From assembly GCF_001194135.2 (NCBI RefSeq), contig NC_068982.1, forward strand, positions 61,032,546-61,096,545: DNA of 64,000 bases. Reading direction: 5' to 3'. Both the position numbers and the translations under genes were made by a program. Positions 40,991-55,397 of this stretch are shown here, one piece after another; position 1 is the stretch's first letter; each line of letters opens with the position of its first letter. Below the pieces are notes generated by a model that saw nothing but the letters and a program-made list of their open reading frames with translations, was not told the origin of the DNA and did no database searches. This stretch comes from Octopus bimaculoides (Eukaryota).

Positions 40991-41429
40991 TAGTTGCAGG
41001 CTGTTTCTACTGAGTGTATGCCACAATATGCATGAATATATATGATAGTTTCTATGTTCTTTCATAATTTAATTTTCTAGCAAAACACTTTTACCTTCAA
41101 TTTTACTTTCATGGAGCAGCAGACAGTAGGACAGTAAGGAAGGTATTCCAGTTTCTTGTTATTTATTTACTATTTTTCTTTTATCTTTTTTAACCTGTTT
41201 CAGTCATTGGATTGTGGCCATGCCGGGGCACTGCCATGAAGTGTTTAGTCAAACAACTCAATCCCGGTACTTATTTTTAAAATTTGGTAATTTTTCTTGT
41301 TTATTGCTGAATTGCTAAGTTATCAATACGTAAACAAACCAACATCAACTGTCACTACAAATTTTTTTAACTCACTTCACATTTAAACAATCTTCACTGT
41401 GGAATGAACTTGAACACATGAATCAACAA

Positions 41430-41720
41430 GTGAAGGATGAAAGATGAAGAAAAACAGGAAGTAAGAGAAAGTTTAAGACACAACCAACAGATAAGAAGAG
41501 CCAACATGACTGAGCATGAGCATGCAGGATGCCTATGATATCAAAGAGAAAGTCAACAGATATGCAAAGAGAATAAGGACAGCAAACAGCTAGCTCATTC
41601 CATGTGACAATAACACAGAGAGAGAAGTTTGACAAAATAACATGAACAAAGAACAGCAGGCAGAATATCAGGAAGAGCTTTAAGAAAAGAATCAGATATG
41701 ATGAAAAACATGAATGATAG
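41430..41720 (+). pseudogene. Decayed charged coiled-coil repeat ORF, possibly Helitron Rep/Hel N-terminus
   Basis: Reads MKDEEKQEVRESLRHNQQIRRANMTEHEH...YQRESQQI and, after a frameshift, NMNKEQQAEYQEEL*EKNQI**. The TGA stops fall where CGA (Arg) would fit. Confidence 0.35.
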
Positions 41721-42408
41721 AGCATCAGAATTAACATGCTTTTTTTCTTCAATAACCTTAATCTGTTGTTTAACATATTATTATAAAAATCTTCAACAAG
41801 ACAAAACAAAATGTATAAATTCATACATCAAAATAAAAGAAAGAAAATTCATAGGATGTACAATTTTCACAAGGCCTGCTAGTTATAATTATATTCTACT
41901 GAAGATATATTGTCTCCAAAAATGAAATAAGAAAAAAGAATGAAAAAAAAAAGAAAAAAAGCACAATACTGAATCAGTGCTAAACAAGGTATTACTGGAG
42001 TCTAACTAAAATTTTAACAACAATTTTCAGAAACTTCAAAAACTTTCCTTTTTTCTTTTGGACACCAATTTTATAGAGTTTGAGGTGAATCTAGGTGACT
42101 CAGTGTAATCTCTTGGCTGGAAACTTAATGGAATGATGATGTGTTGGAGAAATCTTTTATATTACAAAATATTGGTTTCAAATTTTGGCACAAGGCAAGG
42201 AAGTTCAGAAGAGGGTGTCAGATGATTACATCAACCCCAGTCCTCAACTGGTCTTTATTTCATTGACCCCCAAAAGGATGAAAGGCAAAGTTGACCATGG
42301 TGGCATTTGAACTCAGAACATAAAGATGGACGAAATGCCACTAAGCATTTTGCCTGGCATGCTAATGATTCTGCCAATTCACACCATATATATTACAAAA
42401 CTGACAGT

Positions 42409-42638
42409 TTAACCATTTTGTTACCATATTTCTGTTGAGATGCTCTGTGTTTCTTTCAATTAATTTTAAATATAACAAATAATTTAGTAAAATAGCTTAG
42501 TTATAATGAAGCTAGTGTTAGGAACATAAATTGTGACTAAGGTTTGGTGGAAGATTTTAATTCAAAACTTTTGAAAACAAGACATTTGTACTTCAGAGCC
42601 AGAGGTGATTTCAGGTGGGTTGGTATCAATAGGGTTAA
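42409..42638 (+). mobile_element. TTAA-flanked MITE (piggyBac-like), second family
   Basis: Ends ttaaccattttgttacc / ggtatcaatagggttaa are imperfect TIRs with TTAA at both ends. Confidence 0.6.
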
Positions 42639-43666
42639 GAGGACATAAAATTATGGTTTCTTAAATTTTATTCAGAGAAATATTAACTTCTGGTCAACAT
42701 ATTTCAATGATTATTGAAAGAGACAAGGAATTTCAGTTATTTGGCAATAAATATTATGCATCACTCATATTTGTTTGTTTGGTCACCTACATAATAAGAA
42801 GGAGACAAAAAGGTGGCAGTGGTGGTAAATACATGAAAGATATTAAAACATCTATTCAGATTGGTGTGATTAAAGACAAAGAAATTTAGAATGTAAAACT
42901 AATGAGTGGCTGCAACATGTTATTTAACATCACATGAGAAGAAGATATTATCATTATATAAATATTACAATTTTATAAATGAACAAAATAAGCAGACTGG
43001 ATATTAAATTATGAAATTAATAAAGGTGTGCAGGAAAATCAAGCTACATAAAAACAAAAAGAAACAAAACAAAACAAAAAATTATATTAAAGCAATATAA
43101 TGTGTAGACAGAATGAACACTAAAAAAGAAACTGTATGAAACACTAAGAGAGCTATTATATATTGCTGTTAGATGGTAAAAAATATGCTTATCTCATTTA
43201 TATTTACATAGTCGTTGTTTTAAATTAAATTGTTTAAGTTAAGTGAAAAAATAACAAAACAAAACAGTGCTTCTGATCCTTTTAAAGGCTTTCAAGGCTA
43301 ATGAGAGACCAGCACTAAAGGCATCTAAGAGCCAGATGGTGGTATTGAAGTGAGTGGTGGATCAAGCCAACCACCTTAGAACTGAACATCCACTCTGAGG
43401 AGCTTCTACACAGCTTTGGTTAACCTGAAGCTGTGATAGAAGACATTTTCTCAATGTTCCACATAATGGTATCAAACCCAAACTCACATTGTTGCTCTCA
43501 AGGGCAGCCTGTCTTGAATTTCATGTTATTGCTTGGAGGACTATGATGAACAAGAAGAGGCTGAACACTGATCCTTGATGAACTCCTACTTGTACCCTGA
43601 ATTCTTTTCTGTGCTTGTTGCCCACCCTCACCTTACTGGTAGCATCCCTGTACAAGGCTTGTATGG

Positions 43667-43723
<57 letters not shown>

Positions 43724-44947
43724 ATGGGCTTGTTTCAGTTTCCATCTATCAAATCTAATAGAATGTGTTTTGTGAGANNNNNNNNNNNNNNNNNNNNNNN
43801 NNNNNNNNNNNNNNNNNNNNNNNNNNNNNNNNNNNNNNNNNNNNNNNNNNNNNNNNNNNNNNNNNNNNNNTATTTTTGCTCATTTAAGGAAGAAAGTGGA
43901 GGTGTGTAGCTTAGTGGTTAGGGTGTTGGACTCATGATCGTGAGATTGTGGTTCTGATTCCTGGACTGAGTGACATATGTTCTTGAGCAAAACACTTCAT
44001 TTCACATTGCTCCAGTCGACTCAGCTGGCAAAAATAAGTAATCCTGCAATGGATCAGTGTCCCATCCAGTTGGGGAATATATATGCCATGGAAACCAGGA
44101 AACAAGTCCTATGAGTCTATATAACTTGGGAACGAACTTTACCATTACTTACTGGGAAAGAAAAAACAAAATTAATATGTGATTTATTACTACTGTTGCA
44201 ATTTTATTATTATTGCTGAAGTTATTATTAATATTATGAACTGGCAGAATTGTTAGAATGCCAGGTGAAATACTTAGCAGTGTTTCATTTGTCTTCACAT
44301 TAAGAGAACAAATGCTGCCGGGGTTGACTTTGCCTTCAGGGTCAATAAAATAAGTACCAGTTGAGTACAGGGGGTTGATGTAACCAACTTACCTGTCTCC
44401 CCCCAAATTGCTACCTTTGTGGCAAAATTTGAAACCATATCTTCGAACGCTAGGCCTCACAGAGGCAATGCCTAATGACAGACCTTTGACGATATGTCAT
44501 GCTTGAGAAGACTCGTCAAGCCAAGTGAAGTCGTAGTTGTGGCCAATGCCAGTGTCACGTAACTGGTATCTGTGTTTGTGGCACATAAAAAGCACCTTTC
44601 AAGCGTTGGGTTTCACAAAGGCAATGTGGCCAATGTTGGTGTTGTGTAACTAGCACTCAGGCCAGTGGCATGTAAAAAGCACCTTTCAAGCACTGGGCCT
44701 CATGCTTGAGTAGAAGACTCTTCAAGTCAAGTGAAATCATAGTCATGGCAGATACTGGTGTCACACAACTGGTACCCATGCAGGTGGCATGTAAAAGCAC
44801 CCATTACACTCTCAGAGTGGTTGGTGTTAGGAAAGGCATCCAGCTGTAGAAATCATGCCAAATCAGACTGGAGACTGGTGCAGCCCCTCAGTTTGCCAGC
44901 CCTGGTCAAATCATCCAACCCATGCCAGCATGGGCAATGGACATTAA

Positions 44948-44983
<36 letters not shown>

Positions 44984-45743
44984 AAGGTGGCAAGCTGACG
45001 CAATCATTAGTGTGTCAGACAAAATGCTTAGTGGCATCATCATCATCATCATCATCATCGTTTAACGTCCGCTTTCCATGCTAGNNNNNNNNNNACTGAG
45101 GACTGGTGAAACCGGATGGCAACACCAGGCTCCAGTCTGATTTGGAAGAGTTTCTACAGCTGGATGCCCTTCCTAACGTAAAATAAGTACCAGTTGAGCA
45201 CTGAATCTATGTAATTGACTAAACTCTTATCCTAAAACTGCTGGCCTTGTGACAATATTTGAAACCATTAAAATTATTTTTTACCCAAGTAGCCTTATTT
45301 TTATTGTGCACTTCCATTACACTACTGAACACAGCTCTGTGGACCTTAGGTGTTCACAGTGCTTTATTTTGATTTTGTATTTTCCACTAGCTTAACAGAA
45401 CTCTTGTCTTCAATATCTAAGGTACTTGTGGACAATAGAAGAAATCATCATCATCATTATTATTATTAATAGCAGCAGTAGTAGTAGTAGTATTTGCGCT
45501 CTGAGTTCAAATTCCACTGAGGTCAGCTTCACCTTTCATTCTTTAGGGGGTCAATAAAATAAATACTAGCTGAATACTGAAGCCAATGTAATTGACATAT
45601 CCCTCCCTCTGAAACTGCCGGGCTTGTGCCAAAATTTTTATCATTAGTATTAATAATAATAATAATAATAATAATGATAACAATAATAATAGCCGTCATC
45701 ATCATTGCCACCTTCATTGCCTCCTCACCACGACCACGACCAC

Positions 45744-45791
<48 letters not shown>

Positions 45792-46015
45792 TATTATAGC
45801 AACAAAGTGGCAGAGTCATTAGGACACAGGACAAAATGCTTAGTGGCATTTCATCCTGTCTTTACATTCGATTTCAAATTCTGTCATAGTCAGCTGTCTT
45901 TCATGCTTTCAGGCTCGACAAAATAAGTACCAGTCAAGTACTGAGGTTGATGTAATCAACTTCTCCTCCCATCAAAAAACAATTGGCCCTGAGCCAAAAT
46001 TTAAAACCACTACCA

Positions 46016-46055
<40 letters not shown>

Positions 46056-47884
46056 AGCTATTTTCATTATCATCCTTATGCTTGCATTTACTATTTTGTT
46101 ATATTTACTATTGTTTTATTTTTGCTTGTTATTCGCTGTAATTTTTATGGTTGACATGATAATGATTACATTATTCTTATTGTTATTATTCTTGAAGCTG
46201 TTGTTGCTATTATTAATGTCACTTATGCTGCTGGTATTGTCATCATCATCACTGTCATCATTGTCATCATCATCGTCATCATCATCATCATTTTCATTCT
46301 TACAATTATTATTACCATCATTATTATTCCACATCAGTGAGTAGATAGATAGACTAAAGGCCACATCAATAAAAGACAATCCAAAAATTGTTCTGCATCA
46401 TTTAAGAAGAAAAATGGACAAGTAAATAGAATAATACACAGTAGTTGTATTCTTCAGAATGGCTTTATAATAATTTCACCGTCGTCAGAAATACTTGCCT
46501 TAGAAATCCACTTACAACTTGGAATCACCAATAGTAACTGCTCTTGCATAAGTAATATAGTCTTTCCACGGAAACTACACTGCTTTTCAATTTAGCCAAT
46601 GTAATATACACAGTCCATATAACTTAAATGATAATAGTTCAAATGCTTTTCAATAAAAACTAATCTATTTGTATGGTTTTTGTCTCGCAAAATAGTAGAT
46701 AAGGAGTGAAGAGGGTTTGAGTTTTTTTTGTTTTTTTTTTCATGTATTATATGTTTGTTGTATTTCTAATCTGGCAAAACTGGAAAAAGATATTCAAATC
46801 AATGTTTTGGGTTGGGTTAATAGTATCACCAGCAAATTTTTGAAAAATTGATGCATATTTATTTACAGACAAAACTGAGCCTAATTTACACAACATTCTT
46901 CCACAGACTAAAACTATTATCATTCAAATATTAATTTGCTAATGGTCAGTGGTTCATATCTTACCATGAATATTCCAACATTTTATCGTTATCAGCTCAG
47001 TTCCTTTAGCTGTATGTAGGTACTACATGGAGATGTATGTTTATATGCAAGTACGTATGTACATATGTACATACACACACACATAGCACATCTATGCATT
47101 ATACTGAAAAGCTGGTCTGAATGCTTGCAACTGAGACAATTTATTAAAGGCAGCATCCAAAGGTCAGGTTGTGACATTAAACTAGACCTAGATTAAGATC
47201 ACCAACTAAATATATAGACATAAGCTTTAGTGGCACTCATCACTAGTACAGAATATGCATAATACAATTTTAACTCTGGCCATATCTAGTCCAAATATTC
47301 TACCTGTTTTATGTTCAAACTGGACAGATCTGGCTTCACACCTAGCTTACAATATTATTCTAAAAATAAACATCACTGAAATTTCAAAGTTACAAGATAA
47401 TTCAAATTGATTTGAATAAATAAGCCTTACACTTGACAGAGTAATCTGAATACTAAACGAGTAATACTAATTTTTTAAGATGTGGGGACAATTGCAAGCA
47501 TGATCTTCAGATGTTGGGTCTTACAAAGACGATGACAAGTGAGACCTTTGACAATTTGCTCTGATTGAGAAGACTCATGAAGTCACTTGAAATTGTAATT
47601 GTGGACAGTGCCAGTGACACGTAAAAGGTACCCACTACACTCTTGGAGTGGTTAGCTTTATGAAGGGCATCCAACCATAGAAACTAAGATAAAATCAAAT
47701 TGAAGCCAACATCAGAAATGGATGCATCATGATGATGATGATGATGAAGTCCTTTGTAAATAACCTTTGATGATCAGTAGTGTTTTCAAAAAGTCTATCT
47801 TTCTTACAAGCAACTTCGTGGCAAAACAATAACTGCCGCCACCACTGGTACCATAGCTGCCACTGCCACCACCACAACCACTAC

Positions 47885-48240
47885 CACCATTGCTTATGTG
47901 ACTTCTTTCCCATTCTTGCATAGGTTGGACAGATCTTTTCCAACATTACATCTCACTATTTGTTGTATTCCTTTCTCTTTTCTTTTGAGAGGAAGTTCAT
48001 CATCCAGAAACCAGCTTTTACCACTTTTCTCTATGTCTTCTGTGGGCTTGCTCTTCCAAAGTTTCCTTCCTTTTGGATCTCTTGGCAATTCTTTACCATC
48101 TGTTATCATCTACATATATTACATGTCCATACCAATGCAGCCACCTCTCTCGCATACAACATCTGATTCCTCTTATACTCAGTTTATCCCTCAGCCCACC
48201 TGTACAACACCATTCATGACACTAACACCACACATTCAAT
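47885..48240 (-). mobile_element. Old RTE LINE ORF2 3' remnant
   Basis: Minus-strand frame reads MRERWLHWYGHVIYVDDNRW* (RTE RRLRWYGHV motif), preceded by CGVSV-like sequence. Confidence 0.75.
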
Positions 48241-50148
48241 AGAAATAAGACAAAAATATAAATCATACACACTTACACACAAGCACATAATGGAAACAAC
48301 TACCTATTAACATCATACTGAAATTCTGAATATGCTAAATTAAATTTAACTTCTGCTATTTTGGCTTCCAAGTGTTACTTAAGACATTTAACAAACTGTT
48401 CCCTTTAAAAAGTATATGAAGGTATATACTTCGCTTTTGTTTTTGATGCCTCATGTCAAACAAGATTGATAAGATTTATGATCAAAGGTTCTTCAGATAT
48501 ATATGATTCTCCAAAAGTTTTACGAGACACAATGCAATTAGAATGATGTTATTCAATTTGTCCTTCCCTTCTAAGAGAATATATTGTTGTATGAGCAAGA
48601 TGTGGCTGTTATTTCTAGCAGGCTGAGCCACTGCATACACAAACATTCATTTGCTTCATAACATTAATCTTTTTACACAAGAGTTTATCCACCTTCCACT
48701 GTTTCCTCCTTTTCCAGTGTTAAATAAATAATGTAAGCAAGCCATATTATTTAAAACAATAAGAGAGAACATGTAGAAATATCTACATGTGAATAGGCTT
48801 ATGTCGATCAAAGCCTCTCTCTCTCCCCCTCTCTCTCTCTTTCCCTCTATGTGTATGCATGCACGTGTGTGTGCATGTGTGTTTGTGTCTATGTCCAGGT
48901 CCATGTGTGTGTGGCACCAATATATGTGTGAATGGGAAACTATTGACAAGCTTCATGTTTGTATTTATACATAAATAAGACCATATTGCTGTATGAGCAT
49001 CTAAACATGAATGTACATTTATTTTGAATTTAAATACCACCAATGAAAGGAAGTAATAACACTACCTTTTGAATGTTCTCTTAACAGCAGAAGCGTTAAA
49101 TATATTTCTTTGAATCTTCTTTTGACAAACTGTTTTACAAAAATTTGCCTTGGTTACCTATGTAGCAACCTACCAACTATGATTTCACAGGTGACTTCTC
49201 TCTCTTTTACCAATCCCTACTTAAGAAGACAGTAAAAGTTATTGTTATCAATATTATTGTTGTTGTTGACTTTAAAGTAGTGAAGAAGCATTTTTGCTTC
49301 AAGTAAATGGAGATGATGTAGCATAGGGGAGGGGGATCAAAGAGAAGAGAAAGCTAAAAGGTTTACCATCAAAGAATGATAGATAGATAGATAGATAGAT
49401 AGTGTGAGAGAGAGAGAGAGAGGGAGGGAGAGAGAGAGAGAGAGATAGACAGTCAAACAACAACATAGTTTGAATGGTTGTCCCATTCCATGTTCGCAAT
49501 TTGAAGTATGTGGTTGATCTATTTTGGCAGCAGGCTGTCATCAGCTGGTGTAAACACCAGGGGTGTCTTGCATCCAAAAGGCACAAAAGTAGAAAGAAAA
49601 AATCCAATACGAATATGGTATTTTACACAGTGGGTGCAGTCAAAAACTGAAGACACTGATAGAGAAAACAAAGAAAAACAAACACAAAAACTAAAGCAAA
49701 TAAAAAAATGGATTATAGATTACATTTTGACTTTCTGTTTATACATGGAAAAACAAATCTCCTGAAACCCCAAGTCAATAACTATAGCACTTCTTTAACT
49801 ACAGCACACATTACTACCACAAACATGACTGATATGATGAACAGTAGTTTTACTTCAATAAACAGGTTGTGGAATCTTGTTTTGATATTTTTTCTTGGTT
49901 TCTGAGTCACTGAGTTGAAATTTTCTGCACATGGAGATGCAATATAACATGTATTTATTTCTATGTAATAAAACTAAAACACAAAGCTGTAGTTGCACAC
50001 AACACACACACATTGTGTGTGTGTGTGTGTGTGTGAGTGTATTTATGTATATGCATACAGAGAGAGAGAGTGTTCCAATAAATGATTTGTTATATTTGAA
50101 CCAAGCAGAGGAAAGTTGGATGTAAACAGTCATGTATTTTTGCAAGGG

Positions 50149-50187
<39 letters not shown>

Positions 50188-50206
50188 TACACACACACAC
50201 ACATAC

Positions 50207-50253
<47 letters not shown>

Positions 50254-50853
50254 CATACATACATATACATGCACACACACATACATACAGATATATATGT
50301 ACAAGAAAATATACATCAAATATGCTATATCATCATCATCATCATCATTATGAAGGTGCATGGTCGAGTAGTTGAGGTGATACATTTCACAATCATAATG
50401 CTGTGGGTTCACTTCCTGCAACAAGCAGCTATCCCCCACTGCTATTTCTATTCTCGTTGTCCACTTTCCATGGTGGCATGGGCTGAACAGGTCATCACAG
50501 TCCAAATGATTTCTAATTGAGAGTTGCTTTGAGAGACACTGCTCACATAGACTGGTTCTCGTACACGTTATTTTGGCTTGATTTATATAATGCCTTTCCT
50601 ATCACCAAACACTTTACAGAGTGTATAGGATGCATTTACTCATGGTACTGGCATGAGAGAAACTGATAAGCTCTCAGTGAGTTAAGACTAAAGAGATCTC
50701 TCAACCCTGTTTTCTCTGCTCATTTGCCATCCACTTTACAGTTCATTTTTCATTGCAACAGTATTAGAGAGATTGTCAAGTCCTCATTGAGACAAGTGCA
50801 AAGGGTCTTCTCAACCCTAGTCATCATCTGCTCACTCACCAATCACTCTAGAT

Positions 50854-51487
50854 CAGTGGTGTGGTTCTCAACCGTTTTTTAATCTACAGACCTCTTTGAT
50901 TACTATTTTATTCTGGTAGACCCACATGGCCATTTGATGTTTAAAATCTAGTTTTATTCACTTTACTCTCTTTTACTCTTTTACTTGTTTCAGTCATTTG
51001 ACTGCGGCCATGCTGGAGCACCGCCTTTAGTCAAGAAAATCGACCCCAGAACTTATTCTTTGTAAGCCTAGTACTTATTCTATCGGTCTTTTTGTTTTGC
51101 CGAACCGCTAAGTTATGGGGACGTAAATACACCAGCATCGGTTGTCAAGCGATGGTGGGGGGACAAACACAGACACACAAACATAAATATATATATATAC
51201 ATATATATGACAGGCTTCTTTCAGTTTCCATCTACCAAATCCACTCACAAGACTTTGGTCGGCCCGAGGCTATAGTAGAAGACACTTGCCCAAGGTGCCA
51301 CGCAGTGGGACTGAACTCGGAACGATGTGGTTGGTAAGCAGGCTACTTACCACACAGCCACTCCTGCGCCTATAGATACTTTTCTTGAAATTCCTATTTC
51401 GTTTTTCACACATTCACCTGTATAGGTATGCAAAAGTACTCTCTGAGGGAACATATTTCAGTTGTCAGAAACAGTTAAACCTTGTAA

Positions 51488-51520
<33 letters not shown>

Positions 51521-51644
51521 CCTAGCTGTTTCTTGCAATAAATCCCTTTTCATGGACCCTTAAAATACTACTGTAGACCCCCAATTTCCTATTTTGCTTT
51601 CATGGACCCCTAGGCTCCATATGGACACCAGTGGAGAACCACAG
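50854..51644 (+). mobile_element. Second hAT-Charlie MITE copy with nested family A SINE
   Basis: Left end ctctagat|cagtggt..gtggttctcaac and interior similar to 7887-8212. Right end gtggagaaccacag. Interrupted by the SINE at 50961-51371. Confidence 0.7.
50961..51371 (-). mobile_element. Near-intact young family A SINE
   Basis: Minus-strand head aggcgcaggagtggctgtgtggtaag...ccgagttcagtcccactgcg (A/B boxes), central microsatellite, tail ...gactgaaacaagtaaaagagtaaaagagagtaaag. Many CpGs retained. Confidence 0.9.
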
Positions 51645-52184
51645 TAAATGTGCAGAGGAGGGGTTTTTCACTGTGCATGAGTAGAGAAGGTGTGTTGCTT
51701 GTATTACTTATTTACTCTATATGTATGTACAGACATAGTTGTTCTTATGGTATCTATCAGACAATAATTTAGTTATGAATCTCAGATGAAGAAAACAATT
51801 ACATTTGAAAATTGTTATATTGCACTTTATTGAATAAATTTGTGTGAAACACATATATGCACACAAATGTTTACACATATGTGTGTTTGCTATTCCCACA
51901 TATATGAAAACTTATTGTTTACTAGATTTGCAAACTAAAGTAAACACATAAACTAAGTTTATTAATTATGGCATTTTTATTTTTTTATTGTCGTGAATTG
52001 CTTTCTGAATAAGTTTTTGATATCAAATTAGAATTTGGGATGAAGTTTTCAGTAAATAGTTTTTTTTTTTCTTCTTTTTGTCATTATGACTCTATTAAAT
52101 ATACTTGTCTTAATTTTAAGCAATGAAATTATGTTATCAGCTACTGAAACCTCTGCTTGCTTGAATTTTTTTTAACTATCCACA

Positions 52185-52331
52185 TGGCTATGTGGTAAGA
52201 AGCTTGCTTTCCAAACACATGGTTCTTAGTTCAATCCCACTATGTAGCACCTTGGGCAAGTGTCTTCTACTATAGCCTTGGGTCATCCAAAGCCTTGTGA
52301 GTGTATTTGGTAGACAGAAACTGAATGAAGC

Positions 52332-52365
<34 letters not shown>

Positions 52366-53028
52366 NNNNNNNNNNNNNNNNNNNNNNNNNNNNNNNNNNN
52401 NNNNNNNNNNNNNNNNNNNNNNNNNNNNNNNNNNNNNNNNNNNNNNNNNNNNNNNNNNNNNNNNNNNNNNNNNNNNNNNNNNNNNNNNNNNNNNNNNNNN
52501 NNNNNNNNNNNNNNNNNNNNNNNNNNNNNNNNNNNNNNNNNNNNNNNNNNNNNNNNNNNNNNNNNNNNNNNNNNNNNNNNNNNNNNNNNNNNNNNNNNNN
52601 NNNNNNNNNNNNNNNNNNNNNNNNNNNNNNNNNNNNNNNNNNNNNNNNNNNNNNNNNNNNNNNNNNNNNNNNNNNNNNNNNNNNNNNNNNNNNNNNNNNN
52701 NNNNNNNNNNNNNNNNNNNNNNNNNNNNNNNNNNNNNNNNNNNNNNNNNNNNNNNNNNNNNNNNNNNNNNNNNNNNNNNNNNNNNNNNNNNNNNNNNNNN
52801 NNNNNNNNNNNNNNNNNNNNNNNNNNNNNNNNNNNNNNNNNNNNNNNNNNNNNNNNNNNNNNNNNNNNNNNNNNNNNNNNNNNNNNNNNNNNNNNNNNNN
52901 NNNNNNNNNNNNNNNNNNNNNNNNNNNNNNNNNNNNNNNNNNNNNNNNNNNNNNNNNNNNNNNNNNNNNNNNNNNNNNNNNNNNNNNNNNNNNNNNNNNN
53001 NNNNNNNNNNNNNNNNNNNNNNNNNNNN

Positions 53029-53082
<54 letters not shown>

Positions 53083-53330
53083 GAGAGAGAGAGTGTGTCA
53101 CTTTGTATCTATGTTTGACTCTCACCACTGCTTGACAACCAGTGTAGGTGTAGTTACATCCTCGTAACAGCAATTTGGCAAAATAAGACCAAGAGAATAA
53201 GTACCAGGCTTAACAAAAATACAAAAAAAAAAGTATTGGGGCCAATTCATTCAACTAAAAAATATTCTTCAAGGTAATGCCCCAGCATGACCACAGTCTA
53301 ATGATGGAAACAAGTAAAAGATAAAAGATA
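52185..53330 (+). mobile_element. Family A SINE with assembly gap in its central microsatellite
   Basis: Head 52185-52336, (TA)n, N-gap 52366-53028, (GT)n, then tail to about 53330. Confidence 0.8.
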
Positions 53331-53571
53331 AAAAAAAACCATGTGGATCTTTGGAATTTTATTTTGGTCTAAACAATTAACAGTTCTGTGACTTGCACCT
53401 CACAATTTTCCATGAAAATATTTTACCATCACAACTTCAGTCAATCACATTGCAATTCTGTATTAAGAGAAGATAAAAATGGCTTTTTGAATCTCTGTTA
53501 CCATGCCAAAAATCCCAGTACATCATTTGCGAAACTATTCTTTGTACTAGGTACACAGTCATTAAATAATA

Positions 53572-55397
53572 TGAGGGTTGGCTGAAAAGTTCATGGGCTT
53601 ACTATGAAGGAGTGACACTAGAGCTGTGAAATCTTGTATCCATTAAACCTTAAATCTTCTAATTAACAATTGCATTGTTTCTTTTCAGGTAAACTGACAT
53701 GTGACTGTTCAAAGAACACTTCAAAAGTAACTGGTAGTGACTTTTCTAGAAAATCAACAAAATCTGGCATCATGGTGTTATCAAGTTCCTGAAGAAAAAT
53801 GGTTTAGCCCCCAAGGACATTCATGCTGATATCCTTGCTACATAAGGGGATGACACTCCTACTTTATCAACAGTGCAAAAATAGACAGTTGAATTTGGGA
53901 AGGGAAACGAGAGTCTTGAAAATTACCCAAAGTCTGGGTATCTTGAAACTGTCACCACTAAGGAAAACATTGGTCATGTTCACCACATGCTGATAGATGA
54001 TAGGCAATTGGCTATAAATCAAATAGCCAAAGCTATTAGATATATTCCATGAGAGAGTTGAGAATATTCTGCACAATGAACTTGGTTTGATAAAGGTTTC
54101 GGCTTGATGGGTGCCATGTCTTCTCATACCACGCTGATCGCATCAGGGGAAAATTTGACATTGTTTGAGGCAGATCCAACTGGTTTCCATGAATGTTTCC
54201 TAACCCAAGATGAGTGTTGGCTTCATCACTTTGAGCTGGAGACAAAGAGATAATCCATGCAGTGGAAACATTCCTCCTCACATGCTCCAAAGAAGGCCAA
54301 GGTAATTTCATCTGCAGGGAAGGTGATGGCCTCAGTTTTTTAGGATGCAAAAAGCATTGTGTTTATTGACTGTCTTCAATAGGGCCACACCATCAATGGA
54401 GAGTACTATACCAACTTGCTGAGGCAGTTACAAAAGGGTATCAAGATGAAATGCTCAGGAAAACTAGCCAAAGGGACCTTGTTTCATCAGGATAATGTTC
54501 CAGTACACAAGTCTTTGGTCTCAATAGCTACTGTGCATGACTGTGGCTTTGAACAGGTTGATCCCTCCCATCCCTATTCTCTTGATTCGTATCCATCTGA
54601 CTATCATCTGTTCCCCAACATGAAAAAAACATTTGACTGAGAACCAGTATTGCAGTGATGATGATGTCATATCTGCTGTTCTTTTATTTGTCTCAGTCAT
54701 TTGACTGCAGCCATGCTGGAGCACTGCCTTTTAGTCAAAGAAATCAACCCCAGGACTTATTCTTTGTAAGAATGGTACTTATACTATTGGTCTTTTTTGC
54801 CGAACCACTAAGTTACAGGGATGTAAACATAACAACATCAGTTGTCAAGCGCTGGTGGGGGGGAGATAAACACAGACACAAAGACACACACATAAATATA
54901 TACATACATATATATATATATATATATANNNNNNNNNNNNNNNNNNNNNNNNNNNNNNNNNNNNNNNNNNNNNNNNNNNNNNNNNNNNNNNNNNNNNNNN
55001 NNNNNNNNNNNNNNNNNNNNNNNNNNNNNNNNNNNNNNNNNNNNNNNNNATATATGTATGTGTGTGTGACAGGTTTCTTTTCAGTTTCCATTTACCAAAT
55101 CCACTCACAGGGCTTTGGTCGGCCTAAGGCTATAGTAGACGACACTTGCCCAAGACGCCACACAGTGGATCTGAACCTGAAACCATGTGGTTGGGAAGTA
55201 AGCTTCTTACTACACAGCCACACCTCACTTTTTTGACCAACAGGATGAAGGCTTCTTCACCGATGGGATCCAACCACTAGAACACTGGTGGAAGAAGTGT
55301 GTGGATCACAAGGGAGACTATGTTGAAAAATATACTTCATATACTCACATTCCCTGAGAGCATCTTGGTCAGCCTATGAACTTTCCAGTGACCCTCA
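53572..55397 (+). mobile_element. Full-length decayed mariner (D34D) element interrupted by a SINE
   Basis: TIRs tgagggttggctgaaaagttcatgggct / agcctatgaactttccagtgaccctca. TA on the left, TG on the right. Catalytic blocks TQDECWLHHF, LFHQDNVPVH, PYSLDSYPSDYHLFP. The C-terminus DQQDEGFFTDGIQPLEHWWKKCVDHKGDYVEK resumes after the SINE. Confidence 0.93.
54681..55226 (-). mobile_element. Family A SINE nested in the mariner transposase
   Basis: Lies between transposase codons ...VISAV and FDQQDE. The gap 54929-55049 is in its central microsatellite. Confidence 0.88.

Noticed and set aside
47894-48109. ORF MITDGKELPRDPKGRKLWK... with possible splice sites
   Set aside because: The adjacent frame gives the RTE motif RERWLHWYGHV, so it is a LINE remnant.
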